A stretch of DNA of 64,000 bases from an uncultured Acidobacteriaceae bacterium (GTDB lineage Bacteria; Acidobacteriota; Terriglobia; Terriglobales; Acidobacteriaceae), in NCBI GenBank assembly GCA_963704415.1, contig OY969908.1, positions 3,258,860 to 3,322,859 on the forward strand, given 5' to 3'. The notes under the pieces are model-generated. The model ran no database searches, was not told the origin of the DNA, and worked only from the letters and a program-made list of their open reading frames with translations. Positions 38,891-47,871 of the stretch are shown piece after piece. The position numbers and the translations under genes are program-made. Position 1 is the first letter of the stretch. Each line of letters opens with the position of its first letter.

Positions 38891-40216
38891 TTACGTTTGC
38901 TCGTTGCTCGATCTGGCAAGAGTCCGACGAGAGTACACCCACAGATAGAAAATGGCGGTCACCAGCAAGATCAGTGGGGCCGGACGAGTGATCACTGCGG
39001 TCGCAATCTTTCCAGCTAATCCGGCTGCCGGTGAATACAGGTGCCGGGTCAAGTGCATGAGGATCGCCAATGGAAGATCCCCGGTGAAGAATACACCCGC
39101 AGTACTGATCAGAAGGGCCAGCCATGCGGTAGCTCCGCCTTCAGTCCACAGCAGTGCGCAGGCCGGAACAGAAAGGAGCAAAAGCTTCGCATCATACGAT
39201 CGGTGATAAGTCACGAGCATGGACAGAGCGGCGACCGACACAAGCGCAAAGAGCGCGTTTTCCGATGATGGCCCTGAGCGAAGCACGACGATCAACCACG
39301 CAAGCAAAATGGCTCCGCAAACCGCGTAGGTCACCGGATTATAGAAGTGCGGATCGTCGCGGAAAATGCTGACGAATGTCTGCAAATCGATGATCATGTC
39401 CGGGCTGCCGACACCAATCGATGTGGGTCCAGGCTCATTAATCCCACCGTGCGCTGAAATCGTCGCGAGATTCGACCGCAGCTCCGGCACCCAATGCGGC
39501 GCGACGTACGTGGCCCACATGGCGCCGATCACTCCCAGCGCGAGTGCCAATCCGCCAGCTTGAAGCGCACGTATTCTTTGAACTCGACCGGCGAGCAGAA
39601 AATAGAGCCAAATGAGACCAACATCATGGGGCTTGATTGCCAGGCTCGAGGCGAGGCAGATGATTCCCAAAATAACGAACCGCTCTTTCAGCAGGCACCA
39701 CACGGCGATGACACAGAGCCCCACGACGACTCCTGCGGTATTGCCGCCGGAGAAAATGATCTCGCAGTTTGAAAGAGTGACGAATGTCAGGAGGAGGGAA
39801 ACTCCCGTCGAATAGACGGCTCCGGTTTGCCACATCAAGAACGCGGCGAGCAAGAAACCCCCTACGACAAGAGATAGCCAGACCGCCTGTGCCCACGCTA
39901 ATGGCAACAAAGTTAGGGGGGCCACGAAGAGGGATGTGGTGGGCAGGTTAACGTACAGGCTGATGGACTGCATTCGCTCAACGGACTCTGAAGGGATTTG
40001 AAATCCCTCGGCCTGGTAGACACGCCGTATCTGGTTTACCTGGTAGGGATCGCAGCCCTGCATTAAACATCTCGTGCCGAAATAGATCCCGGGGAAACCC
40101 ATGACCCCGCCACGCACTCCACGCTCCAGAGAAATGCCAAATGCGAGCGAAATTCCAGCGCCCACAAGCAGCAGGAGGAGACTCGTTCGATGGATCCACC
40201 TCTTGCTTGATCCCAT
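38891..40216 (-). CDS. GT87/DUF2029-like membrane glycosyltransferase, paralog 4
   Basis: IYFGTRCL..DPY, LAIKPHD, DDPHFYNPVTY, YHRSYDAKLL; ATG 40216 with AGAGG RBS, 11 bp after the GT2 stop. Confidence 0.7.
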   Translation of the reverse strand: MGSSKRWIHRTSLLLLLVGAGISLAFGISLERGVRGGVMGFPGIYFGTRCLMQGCDPYQVNQIRRVYQAEGFQIPSESVERMQSISLYVNLPTTSLFVAPLTLLPLAWAQAVWLSLVVGGFLLAAFLMWQTGAVYSTGVSLLLTFVTLSNCEIIFSGGNTAGVVVGLCVIAVWCLLKERFVILGIICLASSLAIKPHDVGLIWLYFLLAGRVQRIRALQAGGLALALGVIGAMWATYVAPHWVPELRSNLATISAHGGINEPGPTSIGVGSPDMIIDLQTFVSIFRDDPHFYNPVTYAVCGAILLAWLIVVLRSGPSSENALFALVSVAALSMLVTYHRSYDAKLLLLSVPACALLWTEGGATAWLALLISTAGVFFTGDLPLAILMHLTRHLYSPAAGLAGKIATAVITRPAPLILLVTAIFYLWVYSRRTLARSSNEQT

Positions 40217-40227
40217 TGCCTCTTGTC

Positions 40228-41016
40228 TCAGGAGCGGTGCGCGAGTGCGGAGTAATAGTTCTGCGTGATCTTTCTGCCCGCTGGATCGAATCGGGGAATG
40301 CGGCGGATGTTCCATTTGTGCGCGATGAAATTGGCGGTTGTCACCAATACGCCGATCCCATACTCCACGCTGCGCTTGAAGTTGATCGAAGATGCTTCCT
40401 CGAAGTATTTCGTGGGACAGGATATTTCGCCGATCCGGAAACCAAACATGACGGCCTGCGCAATCATCTGGTTGTCGAAGACGAAATCGTCCGAATTCTC
40501 CAGCAGTGGAAGTGTCTCAAGAAGCTCTCTCGAAAAGGCCCTGAAGCCGGTGTGATACTCGGACAACTTCACGCCCAAAAACAGGTTTTGAAACGCAGTG
40601 AGAAAACGGTTGGAAACGTATTTGTAACGCGGCATTCCGCCTTTTAGGGCGCCGCCTCCAAGGATGCGAGAAGCCAGGACCATGTCATAGATGCCGCTCG
40701 CGATCATTCCGGCCATTGCCGGGACAAGCGATGGAGTGTATTGATAGTCCGGATGCACCATCACTACGATGTCGGCGCCAGCAGCAAGAGCTTCGCGATA
40801 GCAAGTCTGCTGGTTACGCCCATACCCGTAGTTGCTGTCGTGGATGAAGGTCTGTACGCCGAGTTGCCGCGAAAGGGCAGCGGTTTGATCCTTGCTGGAG
40901 TCATCGACCAGGATCTTGATGTCAACGATCTCGGACAGCTCCCTGACGGTCTTCTCTAGCGTCTTTTCGGCATTGTATGCCGGCATCACTACCGCGACGC
41001 GCTTTCCGTTGATCAT
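40228..41016 (-). CDS. GT2 glycosyltransferase, polyprenyl-phosphate sugar synthase type
   Basis: [41 protein letters not shown]; GGAGAGG RBS before ATG 41016. Confidence 0.9.
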   Translation of the reverse strand: MINGKRVAVVMPAYNAEKTLEKTVRELSEIVDIKILVDDSSKDQTAALSRQLGVQTFIHDSNYGYGRNQQTCYREALAAGADIVVMVHPDYQYTPSLVPAMAGMIASGIYDMVLASRILGGGALKGGMPRYKYVSNRFLTAFQNLFLGVKLSEYHTGFRAFSRELLETLPLLENSDDFVFDNQMIAQAVMFGFRIGEISCPTKYFEEASSINFKRSVEYGIGVLVTTANFIAHKWNIRRIPRFDPAGRKITQNYYSALAHRS

Positions 41017-41556
41017 CGCCTCTCCATGGAGATATTTTCTATTCTCGTCCTTGAGAGCTCGTAAAAGCACGCCGTGTGAAGGCGGTAACCTAGGTAGGCA
41101 AGAGCAGATATCGCCTCTATTGCGCCGGGCTTCCTCTCTCAGCGAAGCCAATTCTCGAACTCTACTCTCTATATTATTCGCGGAGATGATTCTCGGCGCC
41201 AGATAACCTTGGCGGGAGGGCATCTCCCGAATCGAGACGCACCATCTTGCTGCCAGATTAGACTTGCTCGTTACGTCTGTGCTTCATAGAGCACGAGTGA
41301 CGATCGCAAGCAAGAGCGATCCGTAGGACTTCGAAGAGAGGTGGAACAAGGATTGAGCCGGCTGATCAACCGTGCAGGATAATGGAAAGCCCACAGCCCG
41401 CTGCGTCTACGCGCAGGCCGTGCTCTAGGGGGGCAGAGGCATGAGCCCCCCCTATCCAATAGCTCACTAGGTAAATCCAACTAATCTACATAAATAAACT
41501 GCAGAAACTGTGGTTGCACGTTTCTCAGTCGTCCATCGGCTGTTCACTACAACTTG

Positions 41557-41661
41557 CTAAGAGAGACGCAAACAGATCGTGCAACCTGCTGCCGAGCATC
41601 AACGAGTACTAAGTGATGCGAAGCAATAGCGCCAAATCCGTCTTTGCCGCTCTCGGTTCAT
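41557..41661 (-). pseudogene. Probable decayed third flp pilin copy
   Basis: Minus strand ATGAACCGAGAG-CGGCAAAGAC...TTGGCGCT-ATTGC-TTCG...GCA-CGATCT...CTCTCTTAG aligns by eye with the adjacent flp genes, with indels. Confidence 0.35.
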
Positions 41662-41721
41662 GTCTTGATCTTGACGTCTCACTCAAGCCAATTGTTCCCG
41701 GAATACCCCGGACTCAATCCA

Positions 41722-41919
41722 CTAGAGCGAAGTGGCAAGATCGCTGCTTATTGCATTAAACGCGGTCTTGATCTCAGTCGAAAGGCCCTTCATAGAAATG
41801 ACTGCACCGAATGCAATCAGCGCCACAACGAGCGCGTATTCGACTAGATCTTGTCCTTCTTCCCAATTTAAGAGAGTTACGAAGTAAATATGGAGTTTGG
41901 GGAACACTATCTTCACCAC
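41722..41919 (-). CDS. flp: Flp family type IVb/c pilin, copy 2
   Basis: EEG|QDLVEYALVVALIA prepilin cleavage/Flp motif; 65 aa. Confidence 0.95.
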   Translation of the reverse strand: MVKIVFPKLHIYFVTLLNWEEGQDLVEYALVVALIAFGAVISMKGLSTEIKTAFNAISSDLATSL

Positions 41920-41971
41920 TCTCTAAATATTCAGTCGGTCCTTCTGGCAGTTACCATCGGACCAACACTAA

Positions 41972-42166
41972 TTACAGGGAAGTCGCCAGATCGCTGCTGA
42001 TCACGTTGAATGCAGTGTTGATTTCGCTGGACAGGCCCTTCATGGCGGCAACCGCGCCGAAAGCAATCAAGGCAACGACGAGCGCATATTCCACGAGGTC
42101 CTGACCTTCTTCCCGATTCATCAGGGCCTGCAACTTCAAGTAGGTTTTGAGCATCATTTTATTCAT
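41972..42166 (-). CDS. flp: Flp family type IVb/c pilin, copy 1
   Basis: REEG|QDLVEYALVVALIA; 64 aa; AGGAGA and GGAG upstream. Confidence 0.95.
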   Translation of the reverse strand: MNKMMLKTYLKLQALMNREEGQDLVEYALVVALIAFGAVAAMKGLSSEINTAFNVISSDLATSL

Positions 42167-42224
42167 CTCCAGTTCTCCTAAGCATTGTTTGTGTCCCAGC
42201 TACACGCTGAGCTAGCTATCTCAT

Positions 42225-42240
42225 AGCAAATCCATTGCCA
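42225..42240 (-). promoter_or_regulatory. Sigma54 (-24/-12) promoter of the flp genes
   Basis: TGGCAATGGATTTGCT (GG-N10-GC), with an IHF-like site ACTCAATAACTTA at 42270-42282. Confidence 0.7.
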
Positions 42241-42597
42241 CTCGATAAGGGTACGTTGCATTCATTAAAACTCAATAACTTACGAGGAGTCAAGAACAAT
42301 TAGATGTAAACTGCCGTATACAGTTGCTCGTGAGTTTGCCCTTTTCGTATACATCACACGAAAGTGTTAGCTCACAGAATGCGGCAACATACAGATTCGT
42401 CAGCCCTTTCGCACTGACGGAAATTTGAATTCAGGCGAAGGACCACCGGCTACTTGAGTGCCTCAGGCAAATGCGACAGTATCAAAGTAACGTCTGAGAA
42501 ATCGCCCCGGCAATACTGACCCCAATCGGATTCTCCCACTTGAACGGATTGCATGCGCTGCTCTGCTAACTAACTTCGGACGCTGCAGTTATGCGGT

Positions 42598-43005
42598 CTA
42601 TTCTGGATGGAAGGTCGCAATTTCGACAATGTCTCCTGGCTGTGCGATGTTCTCCTGAATGCTGCCTGCCGCGAGCTCGATTACGGAATGAGCTCGAAGA
42701 CAAGCTGACAAGCGCCACGGCGGCACGTTCTTACGGATCTTTCTTATCCGATATTCCCGATCGATGTACACCAAGTCGATCGAAAACTGCATACCGAAGG
42801 TGTGGACCGCTTCGCATGGGACGATCCAAAGCCCTTCTCCGGCAGCAAGCCCTTTGCGGCCCAGCAGCCCTCGTGATCGTCTAGCACCACTATCAGCAAG
42901 CTCGACGTCCGTAGCAATTTGAGTATTGCGCGTGATGTTCTTGACTCGCAGCCTCGAAGCCTTTTCGGAAACATGTTTTCGCGTAAACCACTCGCGTAGA
43001 GACAT
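42598..43005 (-). CDS. DUF192 family protein
   Basis: VELADSGARRSRGLLGR..GLWIVPCEAVHTFGMQFSIDLVYID..VIELAAG; AGAGGTGA RBS. Confidence 0.85.
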   Translation of the reverse strand: MSLREWFTRKHVSEKASRLRVKNITRNTQIATDVELADSGARRSRGLLGRKGLAAGEGLWIVPCEAVHTFGMQFSIDLVYIDREYRIRKIRKNVPPWRLSACLRAHSVIELAAGSIQENIAQPGDIVEIATFHPE

Positions 43006-43124
43006 CGATCGATCACCTCTTCTGAGCTTCGTAGGCCAAGCAGCCTGGTTGCCTGGATATTTAGGACGGACCGAACTCACGAAGCGAGTCCGACAATCAA
43101 AAGTAAAGAGCCGGGACTAAAGAA

Positions 43125-43153
43125 CAAGCCCTGTCCGTCGCGGACAGGGCTTG
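43125..43153 (-). terminator. Rho-independent terminator after cpaC
   Basis: CAAGCCCTGTCCG/CGGACAGGGCTTG stem followed by TTCTTT on the minus strand. Confidence 0.75.
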
Positions 43154-43202
43154 CACAACACAGGAATTATTTCTCGAGCGATCGGACGAATCACGGTCGA
43201 AG

Positions 43203-44852
43203 CTATTGAGGCGACGAACCACCCATACTGGCGCCGCTTCCACCTCCGCCACCTCCGCCTCCTCCGCCGCTACCGTAGCCGCCGCTATCCGACAAGGGCG
43301 TCTCAGGTTTCATCGTCTCGATGAGTTGCTCCACTGGCATCGTCGCCGGCGCGGCCGGTGGGACGATTGCCGTCGTGTCGGGTGTGTTCATAGGAGTGTT
43401 CGAGTTGGGTGGCAGGAACGGCTGTGGACGTTTTGGCAACGCAATATCCGTTCCAGCCGGCACGGGAGTGACGATCTCGGGCGTGACGATGACAATGAGC
43501 TCTGTATTGTTCTTGGTTCGCGACATGCTCTGGAAGAACTTGCCAAGAATCGGAATGTCACCCAGGAACGGGATCTTCTGAAAGGTTTCGTTTTCCGTAT
43601 TGTCCAGCAGGCCACCGATGGCGAAGCTCTGGCGATCTCCGAGTTCCACCTCGGTCTTGACCCGGCGCACCGTAATTGCTGGCTCCACGAATCCTGCGAT
43701 CGAAACAGCGTCGCCGAAGTCCAGTGCGCTCACTTCGGGGGAGACCTGCAAACGGATTGTGCCCCGCGGCGTGATCGTGGGAATGAAGTTCAGGCGGATG
43801 CCGTATTCCTTGAATGCGATCGTGACGGCGCCGCTTCCCCCGACTCCGGCTCCTTGAACCATTGGAAAGGGATATTCACCGCCCGCGAGAAAGCTGGCCT
43901 GTTTTCCATTCTGAGCAAGGATATTGGGCTCGGCGAGCGTTTCAGCCAATCCCCTTAGCTCCATGGCCTCGATGGTGGCTCCGATGTTTAAGTCGGGATA
44001 AAAGGCGAATAGGTTGAGAGGGTTCGCGACACTAAGCGAGGCAGGAGCGCCCCCCGTGCCCGGGGTAACCGAGGGCGAAGAAAATTGTCCGGTTGTCTCC
44101 GAGCCGATCGTATTTCCAATTCCAGTGCTGAACACGTTGATGCCCAGCTGCCTCTCTTTGGTGCGATCGATGCTTGCAAAGCGCACTTTCAGGAGAATCT
44201 GCCGCTCCGGCTCCGGAACCTTCACGTTCAGCAGGTTGATGACTTTCCCGGCCGTGCCCGCAATGAGAACGGCCCGGCTGGAGCTGCTCAAGTCGGCCAC
44301 GGTGCCACGAAGATAGACGTTGCCTCCTTCCGTAGTCACGTTGAGCTCCTGGCCCGGTAGTTCGGTGCGCAATTGGCGCCGCACTGCCTCCAACTGATCA
44401 TGTGTGGCGAAGGTGCTTGGACGAACAGTGACATTGAAGAACTGACGGCCGCCGCCTGTGTCCCACAAAATGAGCGTCGTTTCTCCGGCCAATTTACCGT
44501 TCACGAGGACCTGTGTCGGACTGACGGCGCTGGCTTCGGCATAGTCACCCAATCCGACCACAATGCGCGTGATGGGCCGCGCGAGATCGAGGACGACAGA
44601 CTTGCCGACGGTCACAGATAGGTCGTTCGCGGAGTCCTGGCTGGATGGTCCAATCGGCTGCATCGGCGTCGGGCCCGCGGCAGGCTGTGCGGGAGGCGCA
44701 GAATTCTGCGGCGCCGGCGGAGTTACCTGAGCAGCAGGTGTTCCACTCTGAGCGGCTTCAGCAGCCGCCTGACTTCGGATTGTCATCGGGGCGCATACAA
44801 CGAACGCCAAAATACCAAGACTGGCAATGCTAACGCCGGTTCTCACTTTCAC
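43203..44852 (-). CDS. cpaC: Tad pilus secretin CpaC/RcpA
   Basis: Signal peptide, T2SS-T3SS pil_N-like domain (GETTLILWD), BON-like segment, secretin core (LAEPNILAQNG, FLAGGEYP, KIPFLGDIPILGKFF, TELIVIVTP). Confidence 0.9.
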   Translation of the reverse strand: MKVRTGVSIASLGILAFVVCAPMTIRSQAAAEAAQSGTPAAQVTPPAPQNSAPPAQPAAGPTPMQPIGPSSQDSANDLSVTVGKSVVLDLARPITRIVVGLGDYAEASAVSPTQVLVNGKLAGETTLILWDTGGGRQFFNVTVRPSTFATHDQLEAVRRQLRTELPGQELNVTTEGGNVYLRGTVADLSSSSRAVLIAGTAGKVINLLNVKVPEPERQILLKVRFASIDRTKERQLGINVFSTGIGNTIGSETTGQFSSPSVTPGTGGAPASLSVANPLNLFAFYPDLNIGATIEAMELRGLAETLAEPNILAQNGKQASFLAGGEYPFPMVQGAGVGGSGAVTIAFKEYGIRLNFIPTITPRGTIRLQVSPEVSALDFGDAVSIAGFVEPAITVRRVKTEVELGDRQSFAIGGLLDNTENETFQKIPFLGDIPILGKFFQSMSRTKNNTELIVIVTPEIVTPVPAGTDIALPKRPQPFLPPNSNTPMNTPDTTAIVPPAAPATMPVEQLIETMKPETPLSDSGGYGSGGGGGGGGGGSGASMGGSSPQ

Positions 44853-45700
44853 TGTTGCCCCCCGGGAGAAACAAATTTCTCTTCAGATTTTTGTGCACCG
44901 TTAATCACCGTGATCGTGAATGGCGGCGGTGCAGCTGCCTTTGCCCTCTTTGGCGCGGCCGCCGCTGTTGCTGGCTTCTGCGGCGATTTTCCGCCTGTAA
45001 ACAGGTTGGTCATCTGTGTATCCGGGACGGTCACGGTCGTGGTATCAAGCGGGTTCCGCAAAACCAACTGGATCTTCATCTGGTTGCTTGCCAGCGCCAG
45101 GATTTGCGCCTGTTCGGGTGTGACGAGAAGATTGACCACCTGCACTTGCTGCGGCTTGCCCTCGGCGTCCTTCTGAATGTCAGTGCCGGCCGACAAAACT
45201 TCGATGTTCTGCAGGATCGTTTTCGTTTGCGTGTCTTGACTATTCCCCTGGCCTGGCGGCACACCCGAAACCAGTACGTCGACCCGCATACCCGGAGTGA
45301 CGAAGCCTGCTACACCAACGACCTCATCTACTTTGATCGCGCAGGCGCGCATGCCTTCCTTGATCGTCGCTGCCAGTCCGCCACCAGATCCCATCGGCGC
45401 CAAGCGGTTATCGAGAATCGGCTCTCCCGAATAAATATTTGAAATGACCCCACGGCCGATCGCATTTTTCTTGTCAAGAATGGCGCCTGGCGGGACTTGT
45501 CCAACAAGCTGGATGCTTGTCAGGTCAGTAGGGGCAAGGATCATCCCGATTTTGATGTCTTTGGCAGCGGCAACGACGGTCGTCGACGCCTGCGGCTTGG
45601 CAACATTCAAACGCGTCCCCACCATGCGCCAGACGACGTATGTGCTGATCGCTGCGATCACGAAAGCACTGAGGAGGATGATCAACAATCTTCGGTTCAT
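44849..45700 (-). CDS. cpaB: Flp pilus assembly protein CpaB/RcpC
   Basis: N-terminal TM, SAF domain (VVAAAKDIKIG), RcpC domain (GMRACAIKV, GVAGFVTPGMRVDVL, ILQNIEVL). Confidence 0.92.
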   Translation of the reverse strand: MNRRLLIILLSAFVIAAISTYVVWRMVGTRLNVAKPQASTTVVAAAKDIKIGMILAPTDLTSIQLVGQVPPGAILDKKNAIGRGVISNIYSGEPILDNRLAPMGSGGGLAATIKEGMRACAIKVDEVVGVAGFVTPGMRVDVLVSGVPPGQGNSQDTQTKTILQNIEVLSAGTDIQKDAEGKPQQVQVVNLLVTPEQAQILALASNQMKIQLVLRNPLDTTTVTVPDTQMTNLFTGGKSPQKPATAAAAPKRAKAAAPPPFTITVINGAQKSEEKFVSPGGQQ

Positions 45701-46416
45701 TCAGAGATCCTGTCTTCGTTAACTTTATGGTTTGGCATCGGCCCCGTTATCCTAGCGTCCGCGAACGCATAGGAAACGGCGGGCGAGTCCGCCGAGTTAG
45801 GGAGTCACTTGGTTGGGCTCCAAATGAGGATTAATGACGATGAAGTATAGCATCACTGCAGGAGCGCTTCGTCAACAAAAAAAAGAACCTTTAACCTATA
45901 GTACCCCTGCTGTCACCTAGCTTTTTCCCATAAGAAATTGCGCGTAGTTGCCCGCATCGTCTAGCTCCGCAGCTTCACCGCTTGAAGCTTCAGCGTTAGT
46001 CATTAAACCGGTCTCAATTGAACGCAAGCCCACCTGACTTGTCCCTTCGGTACGTTATTACTGCAAGCTGATCTGTGCCACTACTATGAGCAATGCCAAT
46101 AACCCTGTCTAGTTACTTTCGGATTCGGTTCAGCCCTTCCACGTTCTTTCTAACTCCTCACAGTTTTCCCGGGGCAAAAACTTCCTCCTCCAACGGAGTT
46201 TCGGCTTACCTATGGATCGAAAATGCCGATTGCATCAGGTTCGTTCAAGAAGAAACTCCATGAGAGTCTCCCAAGCCCGATCCGGAATCGTCCACAGTTC
46301 CTTTCATCGCGAAGGTAACAAAAGGCATCTGCATTTGTTATATCTACCTGCTCACAAAGAGTCTCTCTCCATGTAAAGTAGGATCAAGCCAAGCAGGAGA
46401 GGAATCCGATCCCGAT

Positions 46417-47871
46417 ATGGGGACTCCCCCGATTTCACTTTTTGCGGTACCGCCGCGAGGGCACCAAAGACCGTATTCCTTTGTGGTATCGGTCCTGGTG
46501 CACATTCTCGTTGTGGGCATTGTTGCTTATGGCTTCATTTTCGCTCCTCGCATTAACATGCGATCCGCCGCAGACCGCTATACGCTTCGGCAGGTCGACA
46601 TTACTCTTCCCGATCCCGTGAGAAGGCAGAATTCAGCCAACAGCGGGATGTACCCCGGTCAAAACTCGACCGCGCACACGACGTCTGCTCATGATCTTCC
46701 CGCCGCGCCCACGTCGAGTCCTCTCCAGGTTCCAAAGTTGCACCTTGCCGACAGGACGATCGTTCAGCCTGACATTCCGCCGAATCAACTGATTACTAAA
46801 GCCAAGCTTCCGTCCCTGCTGCTTTGGTCGGCGCAGCGGCCCAAGCTGCAACTCATCACCCCGCCGCAACCGCAAAAGCTTGCCATCAACAATACGCGTC
46901 CGGTCCTGACGCGCCCGACGCCCGAGACCCACGTCTCGGATATTCCGATAACATCAACGCCGTTTTCAACGTCGATGCCAATGCCGTCGCCCAGCTCGTC
47001 GACGCCTGTCGTAGTTTCGGGCGCCACCGTTTCCGATCTGCTGCCTGAGACAACGTCCAAGTCCTCTATTCAGCCGAGTTCGGCAGCCATGCTATCTATC
47101 TCGGAAGAGGAGATGGCCAAGGGGACCATCGCCTTGCCGGCTGTCAATCAGACCGGGCCTGGCAGTGAGTCCGGCGCCATGCGACCGGGCAAAGCAGGGA
47201 ATTCTTCCCAGTCCGGCACCGGCGATCCTAAAAGCAACGGTGCCGAAAAAGGTCTTCAGCAAAGTCAAGGTGCGTCTGGAAATTCGCCCGGCCCGGCAGG
47301 GACGCGCAACGGCGCCAATGCTGGAAATGGAGGAAACTCCGGCAACGCGAGCGGTAACTCCGGCGCTGGGAACGGAGGCGGCGGGCAGGGAACCGAGCCA
47401 ACGTTCACTCGGATGACTCTGCCGCAAAACGGTCAGTATGGTGTTGTCGTTGTCGGTTCTTCCATGGCTGAGGAATTTCCGGAGACATCCAGGCTCTGGG
47501 GAGGACGGCTCGTCTATTCCGTATATCTTAAGGTAGGTTTAGCGAGGAGCTGGATCCTGCAATACTCGCTTCCGTCTAAGACAGAAGCAGCCACAGCAGG
47601 GAACGTGAATCACATCGACGCTCCGTGGCCGACTTACATCGTTCGGCCCGGCGACAGCCCGGTCAATGTAAATGCGGACGCCTTGATGGTTCATGGATTC
47701 GTGAATGAAACCGGACACTTTGAATCGCTGGCGCTTGTTTTCCCGCCGGAGTTTACGCAGACGCGGCTTTTGCTGCAGGCGCTACAGCAGTGGAAATTCC
47801 GGCCGGCGAAGCACAATGGGCAAATTGCCCGCGTTGAAGTGCTCTTGATCATCCCGGAAGACGCCGATTAA
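46417..47871 (+). CDS. Membrane-anchored Pro/Ser/Gly-rich protein with TonB-C-like C-terminus
   Basis: TM (SVLVHILVVG), long Pro/Ser/Thr and Gly/Asn linkers, C-terminal ALQQWKFRPAKHNGQIARVEVLLIIP. Confidence 0.6.
   Translation: MGTPPISLFAVPPRGHQRPYSFVVSVLVHILVVGIVAYGFIFAPRINMRSAADRYTLRQVDITLPDPVRRQNSANSGMYPGQNSTAHTTSAHDLPAAPTSSPLQVPKLHLADRTIVQPDIPPNQLITKAKLPSLLLWSAQRPKLQLITPPQPQKLAINNTRPVLTRPTPETHVSDIPITSTPFSTSMPMPSPSSSTPVVVSGATVSDLLPETTSKSSIQPSSAAMLSISEEEMAKGTIALPAVNQTGPGSESGAMRPGKAGNSSQSGTGDPKSNGAEKGLQQSQGASGNSPGPAGTRNGANAGNGGNSGNASGNSGAGNGGGGQGTEPTFTRMTLPQNGQYGVVVVGSSMAEEFPETSRLWGGRLVYSVYLKVGLARSWILQYSLPSKTEAATAGNVNHIDAPWPTYIVRPGDSPVNVNADALMVHGFVNETGHFESLALVFPPEFTQTRLLLQALQQWKFRPAKHNGQIARVEVLLIIPEDAD

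Noticed and set aside
42300-42345. GGGCAAAC plus hairpin on the minus strand as a possible c-di-GMP-I riboswitch upstream of flp
   Set aside because: It lacks the GAAA tetraloop/receptor pair and the downstream GCAAAG elements, and lies upstream of the predicted sigma54 start.
43215-43290. GGN-rich low-complexity run at the cpaC 3' end
   Set aside because: It simply encodes a poly-Gly tail; no evidence of a phase-variable tract.
46074-46080. TGGCAC on the minus strand as a sigma54 promoter for cpaB
   Set aside because: The GG-to-GC spacing is 9 rather than the required 10.
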